Shown here: positions 43,191 to 52,475 of the stretch, piece by piece
Numbering within the stretch: the first letter of the stretch is position 1
Layout of the letters: the number at the start of each line of letters is the position of its first letter
Assembly: GCA_021155985.1 (NCBI GenBank)
Contig: JAJNBA010000002.1
Coordinates: forward strand, 1,288 to 65,287
Length of the DNA: 64,000 nt
DNA from: Actinomycetes bacterium
Lineage (GTDB): Bacteria > Actinomycetota > UBA4738 > HRBIN12
Reading direction: 5' to 3'
Notes under the pieces: generated by a model
Databases searched by the model: none
Told to the model about the DNA's origin: nothing
Seen by the model: the letters and a program-made list of their open reading frames with translations, nothing else
Position numbers and translations under genes: made by a program

Positions 43191-44494
43191 GCGCCCTCCC
43201 CGCCCCGGCCTCGCGCCCGAAGACCGGTTTGCTGCTCCTGCTCATCTCCCTGGTGGCGTCGATCGCGGCCTACGGGATGGTCGGGCTCGGGCTTCGAGGT
43301 CGTGTCCCGAGCGACATCGTCATCTACGGGCTCACCCTCGGCGGGGCGTACCTCCTGGCGTGGGGTGTCGTGCGATGGGTCGCACCCCGGGCGGATCCCG
43401 TGTTGCTCCCGATCGCGGGGATGCTGGGAGGGCTCGGCCTCGCGATGATCTACCGGCTGCTTCCCGCCGACATCGCGGACGAGCAGGCCCTCTGGCTGCT
43501 GATCGGGCTGGCTGCGTTCGTGCTCACCCTCGTGGTCGTACGCGACGACCGTGTCCTCGACGGCTACACGTACACGATCGGGCTCCTCGGCCTGATGCTG
43601 CTGCTGCTCCCCGTGGTGCCGGGGATCGGCCTGACGATCAACGGGGCGCGTCTGTGGGCACGCGTGGGTCCGTTCACGTTCCAGCCCGCGGAGTTCGGGA
43701 AGATCCTGATCGTCATCTTCCTCGCGTCCTACCTCTCGGCGAAGAGGGAGCTCCTCGAGGCTGGGGTCGGACGGCTCGGGCTCCCTCGAGCCAAGGATCT
43801 GGGCCCGTTGCTGCTCGCGTGGGGCGCCTCGCTCGCGGTCCTCTTCCTGGAACGCGACCTCGGGGCCTCGATGCTCTTCTTCGGGATCTTCGTCGTCATG
43901 CTGTGGATCGCGAGCGGGCGGCTCGGGTACCTCCTCACCGGCGGTCTGCTCTTCGCGCTGGGCGGCGCGATCGGGTACCTGGCCCTCCCTCATGTACAGA
44001 ACCGCGTGGCCTACTGGCTGCACGCGCTCGAGCCCGCGAACGTGCACGACATCGGCTACGGCCAGCTCGCGCAGAGCTGGTTCGCGCTCGCGTCCGGCGG
44101 TCTCGTGGGCACCGGGCTCGGGCGGGGATCGCCCGATCTGATCCCGTTCCCCGCCAGCGACTTCATCCTCTCGGCGTTCGGGGAGGAGCTCGGGATGCTC
44201 GGGACGGCCGCGATCCTCCTGCTCTTCGTGGGCCTGATCGGGCGAGGACTCCGCATCGCGTTGGATCGGGTGGACGCCTTCGGGCGCCTCCTCGCGACCG
44301 GGCTCACCGTGACGATCGCACTGCAGACGTTCACGATCGCGGCGGGGGTGACGCGACTGATCCCCCTCACGGGAGTGCCACTCCCGCTCGTCTCGTACGG
44401 GGGGACGAGCCGAGTGGCGACGTTCATCATGATCGCTCTGCTCGTGCGGATCTCCGCGGGCCCGTGGCAGCCGGCGCGAAGGAGCGCCACCTAG
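43187..44494 (+). CDS. rodA: FtsW/RodA/SpoVE-family peptidoglycan glycosyltransferase
   Basis: Multi-TM protein. ...FQPAEFGKILIVIFLASYL...SDFILSAFGEELG...PLTGVPLPLVSYGGTS. GTGA overlap with pstP. Confidence 0.9.
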   Translation: MSALPAPASRPKTGLLLLLISLVASIAAYGMVGLGLRGRVPSDIVIYGLTLGGAYLLAWGVVRWVAPRADPVLLPIAGMLGGLGLAMIYRLLPADIADEQALWLLIGLAAFVLTLVVVRDDRVLDGYTYTIGLLGLMLLLLPVVPGIGLTINGARLWARVGPFTFQPAEFGKILIVIFLASYLSAKRELLEAGVGRLGLPRAKDLGPLLLAWGASLAVLFLERDLGASMLFFGIFVVMLWIASGRLGYLLTGGLLFALGGAIGYLALPHVQNRVAYWLHALEPANVHDIGYGQLAQSWFALASGGLVGTGLGRGSPDLIPFPASDFILSAFGEELGMLGTAAILLLFVGLIGRGLRIALDRVDAFGRLLATGLTVTIALQTFTIAAGVTRLIPLTGVPLPLVSYGGTSRVATFIMIALLVRISAGPWQPARRSAT

Positions 44495-46012
44495 ATGGAA
44501 CGGCGCATCCGTCGCCTCGGGATCGCGCTCGTGGTCCTGTTCACGCTGGTCTTCGGGCAGCTCTCGTACGTGCAGGTCTTCGCGGCCGACGACATCAGGG
44601 CCAACCCCGCCAACTTCAGCCGACAGCTGATCGCGGAGTACAACGTCGAGCGGGGGAAGATCATCACGACCGGCGGCCTGGTCATCGCGGAGAGCGTCCC
44701 GGCGCCGGGGGGTTCGCGGTACCGCTACGAGCGTCGCTACCCGCAGGGCGACCTCTACGGCTACATCACCGGCTACTACTCGAGGATCTACGGTCGTTCC
44801 GCGCTCGAGGAGTCGATGAATACGTACCTCTCGGGCGAGGCGCCCGAGCTCGCGATCTCCACGTTCACCGATCTGCTCCTGGGCAACGAGAAGCGAGGTG
44901 CGAACGTTTTCGTGACGATCGACCCGAACCTCCAGGAGGCGGCGCGCACCGCGCTCGGGAGCAACGAGGGAGCCGTCGTGGCGATGGATCCCGTCAGCGG
45001 CGACATCCTGGCCCTGTACTCGACCCCCGGATTCGATCCGAGCGAGCTCTCGAGCGGGAGCGACGAAGAGATGCGCCGCGCCTGGACACAGCTGAACGCC
45101 GATCCGGAGAAGCCGCTCCTCGCCCTGTCGCACCAGGAACTCTTCTTGCCCGGCTCGAGTTTCAAGATCGTGACGGCGTCGGCTGCACTCGAGAACCGCT
45201 TCGGACCGGACAGCGTGTGGCCGAACCCCCACCGGCTGACGCTCCCGCTGACGAACGAGCAGCTCCAGAATTTCGGCGACGACCACTGCAACGGGGGGTC
45301 CTCGCAGATCTCCATGACCGAGGCGTTCGAGGAGTCGTGCAACGTGACGTTCGCCGAGGTCGCGCTGGAGCTCGGTCCCGAGCGGCTCGCCGAGCAAGCG
45401 CGCGCGTACGGCCTGTGCGGGACGCTTCCGCCCGATCGGACCGCGTGCGACGAGCAGCTCGTGCGGTTCGAGCTCCCGTTCGAGAACGGCCGGTTCCCGG
45501 AGCCGGAGTACTTCGAGCGGAACGATCCGCTGCTCGCGTTCTCGGGGATCGGGCTGGACAACGACCTGGTCAATCCCCTGCAGATGGCGCTGATCGCGTC
45601 CGCCGTGGCGAACGGCGGCGTGATGCCACAGCCGAGGCTCGTGACCGAGGTGCGCGACGCGCAGGGACGGGTGGCGCGGGAGTTCGGTTCCAGAAGCGCG
45701 GGAACGGCGATCAGTGGTGTCTCTGCCGCCGCGCTCACCCAGATGATGATCTCGGTGGTGAACGAGGGCAGCGGGTTCCTCGCGCAGATCCCCGGGATCC
45801 AGGTCGCGGGAAAGACCGGCACCGCCACGAACGGAGAGGGGCGGCCGCCCAACGCGTGGTTCACGGCGTTCGCTCCGGCGGGGGGACAACAGCCTCCCCG
45901 GATCGCCGTCTCGGTTATCGTCCTCGACGGCGGTGACCTTGGCAGTGAGGCCACCGGGGGACAGGTCGCGGCACCCATCGTTCGCGCCGTGATCGAGGCG
46001 TACCTCCGCTAG
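44495..46012 (+). CDS. pbpA: penicillin-binding protein (class B transpeptidase, PbpA-like)
   Basis: N-terminal TM. SSFK (SxxK), SCN (SxN) and KTGTA (KTG) motifs are present. Confidence 0.9.
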   Translation: MERRIRRLGIALVVLFTLVFGQLSYVQVFAADDIRANPANFSRQLIAEYNVERGKIITTGGLVIAESVPAPGGSRYRYERRYPQGDLYGYITGYYSRIYGRSALEESMNTYLSGEAPELAISTFTDLLLGNEKRGANVFVTIDPNLQEAARTALGSNEGAVVAMDPVSGDILALYSTPGFDPSELSSGSDEEMRRAWTQLNADPEKPLLALSHQELFLPGSSFKIVTASAALENRFGPDSVWPNPHRLTLPLTNEQLQNFGDDHCNGGSSQISMTEAFEESCNVTFAEVALELGPERLAEQARAYGLCGTLPPDRTACDEQLVRFELPFENGRFPEPEYFERNDPLLAFSGIGLDNDLVNPLQMALIASAVANGGVMPQPRLVTEVRDAQGRVAREFGSRSAGTAISGVSAAALTQMMISVVNEGSGFLAQIPGIQVAGKTGTATNGEGRPPNAWFTAFAPAGGQQPPRIAVSVIVLDGGDLGSEATGGQVAAPIVRAVIEAYLR

Positions 46013-46051
46013 GCGGCCCGCTGACGAGGCCAAGGGCGTAGGAAGGAACAC

Positions 46052-47752
46052 ATGGAGCGGATCTTCGGGGATCGGTACGAGGTCGGGGCGCCGCTCGGCG
46101 CCGGCGGCATGGCCGAGGTGTGGCGCGGGCACGACCGGGTCCTCAACCGGACCGTCGCGATCAAGACGCTCCTGCCGCAGTTCGCACGGGACACGAGCTT
46201 CGTCGATCGCTTCCGCCGTGAGGCGCAGGCGGCTGCTCGGCTGAACCATCCGGGGATCGTCTCGGTCTACGACTCGGGAACCGACGGCGACACGCCCTAC
46301 ATCGTGATGGAGTACATCGAAGGGCGGACGCTCGCCGACTTCCTCGGATCGGGCAAGACGCTCCCCCCGAAGCAAGCGGCGACGATCGCGCAGGAGATCG
46401 CGGAGTCGCTCGGCGCCGCGCATGCCCAGGGCGTGATCCACCGCGACATCAAGCCGGCGAACGTGATGATCACGCGCGAGGGCAAGGTCCTGGTGATGGA
46501 CTTCGGGATCGCGCGGCTGATCAGCGGCCCGGAGACGGCACCGCAGACGTCCGCGGTCCTCGGCACGGCGTCCTACCTGTCCCCCGAGCAGGCGCAGGGG
46601 CACTCCGTGGATGCGCGGAGCGACATCTACGCCCTGGGCGTCGTCCTCTACGAGATGCTGACCGGGCGGCCGCCGTTCACGGGCGAGTCGCCGATGGCGA
46701 TCGCCTACAAACAGGTGAACGCGACCCCTCCCGCGCCGTCGTCCGCCAACCCCGACGTCCCCGCTGAGCTGGACGCCGTCGTGATGCGCGCGCTGTCGAA
46801 GAACCCGGCGAACCGCTATCAGACCGGACAGGAGTTCGCGGAGGATCTCGAGCGGGCGCGAACCGGCGGCCAGGTGTTGGCCACGCCGCTGCTCCCGGCC
46901 GGCGGCGAGGCGACCCAGGTGATCTCGCGCCCGCAACCGACGTCGGTCCTCCCGCCACAGGATCGGGATGGGGACACGCCGCGGAAGCCGTGGGTGGCGG
47001 CGCTCCTCGCCGTCCTGGTCATGGCGTTGCTCGCGGCCGGGGCGTACCTCGCCGTGACGATGCTCACCGACGACGGCGGCGGCGAGATGGTCGCGGTCCC
47101 CCGTGTCGTCGGACTCACGCGGCTCCAGGCGCAACAGCAGCTCGACGAAGCAGGTCTGATCATGGGCGACAGGACCCGACGTGCTTCGGACGAGGTACCG
47201 GCCGGTCGGGTGATCGAACAGGATCCTCCCGCCGACCGGCAGGTCGAGGCGGGCAGTGCCGTCGATCTGGTGTTCTCCACCGGTCCGAAAACAGTCGAGG
47301 TTCCCCCCGTGACGGGTCTGAGCGTCGCCGATGCCGAAGCGGCGCTGGAGACCGCCGGGCTCGTCCTCGGCGAGCAGACCGAGCAGAACGACGAAACCGT
47401 TCCCGAGGGCCAGATCATCAGCCAGGACCCACCGGCCGGCGAGGAGGTGCCGGAGGAGACGCCGGTGAACGTCGTCGTCTCCGCGGGTCCCTCGGTCGTG
47501 ATCGTCCCCAATCTGATCTGTCGGAGCTACGCGAGCGCCAAAGCCGAGCTCGAGGGACTCGGCCTCCGGGTCGAGCTGGGCGATCCCGTGCTGCCGCGCC
47601 CGGAGTGCCCGAACCCCGCCAGGGTGGCGCAGCAGGACACGCCGTCCGGGTCTGCGGTGCCGCCGGACACCCTGATCGTGCTGCACCAGAGCCTGACATC
47701 CTCGCCGTCGCCGTCCCCGTCGCCGTCACCGTCGCCCTCCCCATCGCCGTGA
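46052..47752 (+). CDS. pknB: Ser/Thr protein kinase with three PASTA domains and an (SP)n tail
   Basis: GAGGMAEVW...VAIK...HRDIKPANV...DFGIA...GTASYLSPEQ. One TM, then three PASTA-like repeats, then a C-terminal SSPSPSPSPSPSPSPSP. Confidence 0.92.
   Translation: MERIFGDRYEVGAPLGAGGMAEVWRGHDRVLNRTVAIKTLLPQFARDTSFVDRFRREAQAAARLNHPGIVSVYDSGTDGDTPYIVMEYIEGRTLADFLGSGKTLPPKQAATIAQEIAESLGAAHAQGVIHRDIKPANVMITREGKVLVMDFGIARLISGPETAPQTSAVLGTASYLSPEQAQGHSVDARSDIYALGVVLYEMLTGRPPFTGESPMAIAYKQVNATPPAPSSANPDVPAELDAVVMRALSKNPANRYQTGQEFAEDLERARTGGQVLATPLLPAGGEATQVISRPQPTSVLPPQDRDGDTPRKPWVAALLAVLVMALLAAGAYLAVTMLTDDGGGEMVAVPRVVGLTRLQAQQQLDEAGLIMGDRTRRASDEVPAGRVIEQDPPADRQVEAGSAVDLVFSTGPKTVEVPPVTGLSVADAEAALETAGLVLGEQTEQNDETVPEGQIISQDPPAGEEVPEETPVNVVVSAGPSVVIVPNLICRSYASAKAELEGLGLRVELGDPVLPRPECPNPARVAQQDTPSGSAVPPDTLIVLHQSLTSSPSPSPSPSPSPSPSP
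47699..47749 (+). repeat. TCN-CCN microsatellite-like coding repeat (Ser-Pro x8) at the pknB 3' end
   Basis: tcc tcg ccg tcg ccg tcc ccg tcg ccg tca ccg tcg ccc tcc cca tcg ccg, read directly from the sequence. Confidence 0.9.
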
Positions 47753-49350
47753 GCCTCTGGTTCGCGACCGAGGGATTCACCGAGGATCAGCGGGCGATCC
47801 TCGCTCGGTTCTTCACGAACCTCGACGGTCCGGTGTTCGCGCTCGTGAACCTGCCGGAGGTCGTGAAGGGCGCCCTGTTCGCTCGCTATTCGCGCACGAC
47901 GAAGTCGCTCCGGCGCCTCTTCCTCGACGAGTTCGCTGAGGACCTCGACGACGGCGGCGAGATGACGAATGTCGGCGTCGAACGGGCCGAGCAGCTGTAC
48001 GACCGGGTGTTCGTGGAGTTCGGGGACGACTCCGTCGCCCAGCTCGGCGGCGTCCACCTCGCGTGCGAGCAGGCGTCACAGCCGCTCGCGAAGGCCTTGG
48101 AGTGGGGTCGCCTCGCCGCCTACCTCGAGCAGTCGACGCGGTACATGCGCTACGACGACCAGCCCGGCGGCCGCTGGCGCGCGACCGTGCCGCCGGAGAT
48201 CGAAGACACCGCGCTGGAGCACCGCTACCGGACGTACCTCGATGAGGTCTTCGGTCTCTACGGCGCGATGTTCCCGCCGATGTACGAGTGGTACGAGCAG
48301 CGGTTCCCGCAGGCGCCGGGCGACTCGGACTTCGTGTACCGGTCGACGATCACCGCGAAGACGTGCGACACGCTCCGCATGTGCCTGCCGGCCGCAACCC
48401 GTTCCAACGTGGGGATCTTCGCGACCGCGCAGTCCTACGAGCAGCTCCTGATGCGCCTCTCGGTGCACCCGCTCGCGGAGATGCGCGAGTACGGCGCGCT
48501 GATGCTCGAGGAGCTCCGGAAGGTGATCCCGGCGTTCCTGAAACGGGTGGACGTCGAGGACCGGGGGGTCGCCTGGGCTCGGTACTGGCGGGGCACGCAG
48601 GAGGGCGTCGGGGAGCTCGCCGCCAAGCTGGCGGGCGACGTCGAGGCCGAACCGCGGGAGGAGGTCACCCTCGTGGACTTCGATCCCGAGGGCGAGGGAA
48701 AGGTCGCGGCCGCCGTCCTGTACGCGAGCACCGGTCTCCCCGACGACCAGCTCCTCGGGCTCGTCCGCGCGATGTCGCCGGAGGAGCGCGAAGAGCTGCT
48801 GCGGGCCAGCGTGGGCGAGCGGTCGAACCGCCGACACAAGCCCGGTCGCGCGTGGGAGCGCACGGGCTACCGGTTCGACGTGTTGTGCGACTACGGGGCG
48901 TTCCGCGACCTGCAGCGACACCGTCCGCTCACGATCGAGTGGCAGCGGCTGACGAGCGAGCACGGCCACGCGACGCCGGACGAGATCGACGAGGCGGGGC
49001 TCCGCGATCGGTGGGACCCCGTGATGGATGCCGGGCGGGCGATGGAGGGCGCGCTCGTGGAAGCCGGTTTCGACGACGTCGCCCAATACGCGGTGCCGAT
49101 GGCGTTCCGCATCCGCTTCGTGATGCAGATGACGGCCCGGGAGGCGATGCACCTCACGGAGCTCCGATCGCAGCCGCAGGGGCACCCGACGTATCGGCGT
49201 GTCGCGCAAGCGATGCATCGGCTGATCACGGAGGTCCACCCCGCGATCGGGGCGTCATTCGGCTACATGAGCTACGAGGACGTGGATCTGGAACGGCTCG
49301 AAGCGGAGCGCCGCACCGAGGCGAAGCGGAGCGCCGGCGGAACCGTCTGA
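47749..49350 (+). CDS. double-length ThyX-like (Thy1 family) protein, non-canonical motif
   Basis: GTG start overlaps the pknB stop (GTGA). 533 aa. The C-terminal half carries FRDLQRHRPLTIEWQR and ...MTAREAMHLTELRSQPQGHP.YR, resembling flavin-dependent thymidylate synthase. The N-terminal half is related but degenerate. Confidence 0.7.
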   Translation: MSLWFATEGFTEDQRAILARFFTNLDGPVFALVNLPEVVKGALFARYSRTTKSLRRLFLDEFAEDLDDGGEMTNVGVERAEQLYDRVFVEFGDDSVAQLGGVHLACEQASQPLAKALEWGRLAAYLEQSTRYMRYDDQPGGRWRATVPPEIEDTALEHRYRTYLDEVFGLYGAMFPPMYEWYEQRFPQAPGDSDFVYRSTITAKTCDTLRMCLPAATRSNVGIFATAQSYEQLLMRLSVHPLAEMREYGALMLEELRKVIPAFLKRVDVEDRGVAWARYWRGTQEGVGELAAKLAGDVEAEPREEVTLVDFDPEGEGKVAAAVLYASTGLPDDQLLGLVRAMSPEEREELLRASVGERSNRRHKPGRAWERTGYRFDVLCDYGAFRDLQRHRPLTIEWQRLTSEHGHATPDEIDEAGLRDRWDPVMDAGRAMEGALVEAGFDDVAQYAVPMAFRIRFVMQMTAREAMHLTELRSQPQGHPTYRRVAQAMHRLITEVHPAIGASFGYMSYEDVDLERLEAERRTEAKRSAGGTV

Positions 49351-49405
49351 GCGGCCGCCGGAAGCGGTCGAAGGGGTTGCGCGTTCCAGTACCCTTCCGG
49401 CTCTC

Positions 49406-49555
49406 ATGGACCGGGAAACCGCGTTGCTCGTCGCGCTCGGGATGCTGATCGCAAGCTCACTCGCGATCGGGATCAGCGGGTGGGTGATCGTGATCCGGGA
49501 CCGCCGCCCGGCCGGGGCGATCCATCACCGCGCCGACGCGACCGAAGGTCCCTGA
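49406..49555 (+). CDS. possible 49-aa single-TM micro-protein upstream of hisD
   Basis: My translation: MDRETALLVALGMLIASSLAIGISGWVIVIRDRRPAGAIHHRADATEGP*. High GC3. The stop lies 1 nt before the hisD GTG. It is below the ORF-track size cut-off. Confidence 0.3.
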   Translation: MDRETALLVALGMLIASSLAIGISGWVIVIRDRRPAGAIHHRADATEGP

Positions 49556-49556
49556 C

Positions 49557-50834
49557 GTGCTCGACCTCCTGGACCTGCGAGAGCGGGGGGAGCGCCTCGA
49601 AGCCGTCAGGCCCGAGATCGATCCCACCGTCTCCGAGACCGTGCAGCGGATCCTGCAGCGCGTGTTCGTCGAGGGCGACGAGGTCCTGATCGAGCTCGCG
49701 CAACGCTTCGACGACGCCGACCTGTCCGAGAGCGGTCTGATGGTGCGCCGTGAGGAGTTCGCCGTGGCCGAGCACGAGACCCCCGGCGATCTCAAACGAG
49801 CCCTCGACGCGTTGATCGAACGCTTGCGCGATCTCCACGCCCGCCAGCTCCCCACCGGATGGTGGCAGGAGTCCGACGGGGTCCGCTACGGCGAGATCGT
49901 CCGACCGATCCGAGCCGTCGGCTGCTACGTCCCCGGCGGGCGCGCCCGATACCCCTCCTCGGTCTGCATGACGGTGGTGCCCGCGGTCGTCGCGGGCGTG
50001 CCCGAGATCGTGCTCTGCACGCCGCCGCGCGCCGACGGGACGATCCACCCCGCGGTCCTCTACGCGGCGAAGCGTGCCGGCGCGACGTACGTCGCGAAGA
50101 CGGGTGGGGCGCAAGCGATCGCCGCGATGGCGTACGGGACGGAGACGATCCCCCAGGTCGATCGGATCGTAGGGCCCGGCAACGCCTACGTGACCGAGGC
50201 CAAGCGGCAGCTCTGCGGGACCGTCGGCATCGACGCGCTCGCCGGACCCAGTGAGCTCGCGATCGTCACGGACGGCGACGTCGACCCAGAGCTCGTGGCC
50301 CTCGACCTGATCGCGCAGGCGGAGCACGACCCGCTGGCACGGACCTACCTGATCACCACCGAAGAGCCCGTGATCGCGAAGGTCGGGTCCGCGCTCGAGC
50401 AGCTCGTCGCGGAAGCGGGACGGCGCGAGATCGTCGACGCCGCGCTCGCCGCGTCGCGCGGCGTCCTCGTCCGGGACCTGGAACAGGCAGCGGCCGTCGT
50501 CGACGATCTCGCCCCGGAACACCTGCTGATCCTCCTCCCCGACGCCGATGAGTTCCTGGAGACCGTGTCGGTGGCGGGGGCGATCTTCCTCGGGGAATGG
50601 AGCGCGGTCCCGTTCGGCGACTACGGCGTGGCCTCGAACCACGTCCTGCCCACGTCGGGAACGGCGCGCTTCTCTTCCGGCCTCCGGGCCTCCGACTACG
50701 TCACGGTCCGATCGGTCGTCCGGATGTCGCGCACCGCCGCCGCGCAGCACGCGCCTGCCGCGGCGGTGATCGCGAACGCGGAAGGGCTGGTCGGCCACGC
50801 GAAGGCGGTGGAGGCTCGGAGGGGTCGCGCGTGA
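49557..50834 (+). CDS. hisD: histidinol dehydrogenase
   Basis: ...YVPGGRARYPSSVCMT..PA.VAGV....TGGAQAIAAMAYGTE...VDRIVGPGNAYV...AGPSE....QAEHD. Confidence 0.93.
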   Translation: MLDLLDLRERGERLEAVRPEIDPTVSETVQRILQRVFVEGDEVLIELAQRFDDADLSESGLMVRREEFAVAEHETPGDLKRALDALIERLRDLHARQLPTGWWQESDGVRYGEIVRPIRAVGCYVPGGRARYPSSVCMTVVPAVVAGVPEIVLCTPPRADGTIHPAVLYAAKRAGATYVAKTGGAQAIAAMAYGTETIPQVDRIVGPGNAYVTEAKRQLCGTVGIDALAGPSELAIVTDGDVDPELVALDLIAQAEHDPLARTYLITTEEPVIAKVGSALEQLVAEAGRREIVDAALAASRGVLVRDLEQAAAVVDDLAPEHLLILLPDADEFLETVSVAGAIFLGEWSAVPFGDYGVASNHVLPTSGTARFSSGLRASDYVTVRSVVRMSRTAAAQHAPAAAVIANAEGLVGHAKAVEARRGRA

Positions 50835-51886
50835 GCTCATCGCCATCACCCCGGCCCGGCCTCCGCGAGGTCGGGCCCTACGATTCTCCGCAGCTCGATC
50901 TCGCGGTGCGGTTGAACGCGAACGAGTGCCCCGTTCCCCTGCCCGCGGCCTTCTCGGAAGACCTCGCCGTGGCCGTGCGCGATCTGCCGCTCAACCGCTA
51001 TCCGGACGGGGAGATGAAAGCTCTCCGCGACGCGCTCGCCGCCCGGACCGGCCATCCCGCCGACGGTGTCTGGCCGGCGAACGGCTCGAACGAGGTGCTC
51101 ACGCAGCTCCTCCAGGCCTACGGCGGTCCCGGCCGGAGCGCGGCCGTGTTCGAGCCGACATACGTGCTCCACCGCCGCTTGTGCTGGCTCACCCAGACCG
51201 AGCTCGTCGAGCGGCGTCTCGACCACCCGTTCCGGATCGGGGACGAGGACATCGCGTGGGCGCACGACGCGGGCGCGGACGTCGTCTTCGTGTGCTCTCC
51301 CAACAACCCCACCGGGACCGCCCAGACGCGCGACACGATCGCCGGGCTGGCGACGGCCACACGCGCCCTCGTGATCGTCGACGAGGCCTACGCCGATTTC
51401 GGGGACGAGAGCGCGCTGCCGCTCGTCACCGATCACGCCAACGTCGCGGTCGTGCGCACCTTCTCCAAGGCGTTCGCGCTCGCCGGTGCGCGGATCGGCT
51501 ACGTGCTCGCTGCCCCCGCCCTCGTGGAGGATCTCCGCCGCGTCCGGCTCCCGTATCACATGAGCGCGCTCACGCAGGCGGCCGGCGTCACGGCTCTCCG
51601 ACACGCGGACGAGGCGGCCGCGAGCATCGACGCGATCCGAAAGCAGCGGGACCGGCTCGTGGAGTCGCTCTCGCGGATCGACGGCGCCACGGTCTTCCCG
51701 TCCCGGGCGAACTTCGTCCTGTTCCAGCCGCCGGGTGACGCGAAGGCGATCTGGCAACGGCTGCTCGACCGAGGCGTACTGATCCGCGACGTCACCGGCG
51801 TGGTCCCGAACGCGTTGCGCGTGACGGCCGGTACGGAGCACGAGGTCGATCTGTTCCTGAAGTCGCTCGAGGAGGTGCTCGGCTGA
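50831..51886 (+). CDS. hisC: histidinol-phosphate aminotransferase
   Basis: GTG 50831 overlaps the hisD stop (GTGA). ...LNANECPVP...YPD....LR.....NGSNE......SPNNPTG.....VDEAY.DF....RTFSKAFALAGARIGY. Confidence 0.9.
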   Translation: MSSSPSPRPGLREVGPYDSPQLDLAVRLNANECPVPLPAAFSEDLAVAVRDLPLNRYPDGEMKALRDALAARTGHPADGVWPANGSNEVLTQLLQAYGGPGRSAAVFEPTYVLHRRLCWLTQTELVERRLDHPFRIGDEDIAWAHDAGADVVFVCSPNNPTGTAQTRDTIAGLATATRALVIVDEAYADFGDESALPLVTDHANVAVVRTFSKAFALAGARIGYVLAAPALVEDLRRVRLPYHMSALTQAAGVTALRHADEAAASIDAIRKQRDRLVESLSRIDGATVFPSRANFVLFQPPGDAKAIWQRLLDRGVLIRDVTGVVPNALRVTAGTEHEVDLFLKSLEEVLG

Positions 51887-52470
51887 TGGGCCGCGTCGGC
51901 GCCGTGGGGCGGACCACGAAGGAGACGAACGTCACCGTCGAGCTCGCGCTCGATGGCACGGGCGCCACCGAGGTCGCGACCGGTCTGCCCTTCTTCGATC
52001 ACATGCTGCAGCAGCTCGGGAAGCACGCGAGCTGGGACCTCTCGGTGACATGCACAGGAGATCTGGAGGTCGACGGGCATCACACCGTCGAGGACGTCGG
52101 GCTCGCGATCGGACAGGCGCTCGGGGAGGCGCTCGGCGACAAGGCCGGGATCCGGCGATTCGGGTCGATCGTCGTCCCGCTGGACGAGGCCGCCGTCGAG
52201 GTGGCGTTGGATCTGTCCGGCCGGAACTTCGTCATCCACGACGTGGACGTGCCGGCCGAGACGATCGGCACGTTCGACACCGGCCTCGTCGAGGACTTCG
52301 TGCGTGCGTTGGCGCAGGCCGCCGACCTCACCATCCACGTCCGGCTGCGATCCGGCCGGTCGCCGCATCACGTGGTGGAGGCGGAGTTCAAGGCGCTCGC
52401 GAAAGCTCTCGGTGACGCGTGCGCCCTGACGGGCCCAGGTGACATCCCGAGCACGAAGGGAACGCTCTAG
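51886..52470 (+). CDS. hisB: imidazoleglycerol-phosphate dehydratase
   Basis: RTTKETNVTVELALDG...FFDHML.Q...H....L.....GDLEVDGHHTVEDVG....G.N.HH..EA.FKA. Confidence 0.92.
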   Translation: MGRVGAVGRTTKETNVTVELALDGTGATEVATGLPFFDHMLQQLGKHASWDLSVTCTGDLEVDGHHTVEDVGLAIGQALGEALGDKAGIRRFGSIVVPLDEAAVEVALDLSGRNFVIHDVDVPAETIGTFDTGLVEDFVRALAQAADLTIHVRLRSGRSPHHVVEAEFKALAKALGDACALTGPGDIPSTKGTL

Positions 52471-52475
52471 GGACC

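Noticed and set aside
43166-47686. 1506-aa ORF on the - strand spanning rodA-pbpA-pknB.
   Set aside because: It is the mirror of three strongly supported + strand genes. Its translation is Arg/Gly/Pro/Asp-rich low-complexity with no motifs, which is a typical stop-codon-poor antisense artefact of high-GC DNA.
49351-49556. Histidine-operon leader peptide or attenuator upstream of hisD.
   Set aside because: The only small ORF has just two adjacent His codons and encodes a TM helix. I saw no alternative terminator/antiterminator pair.
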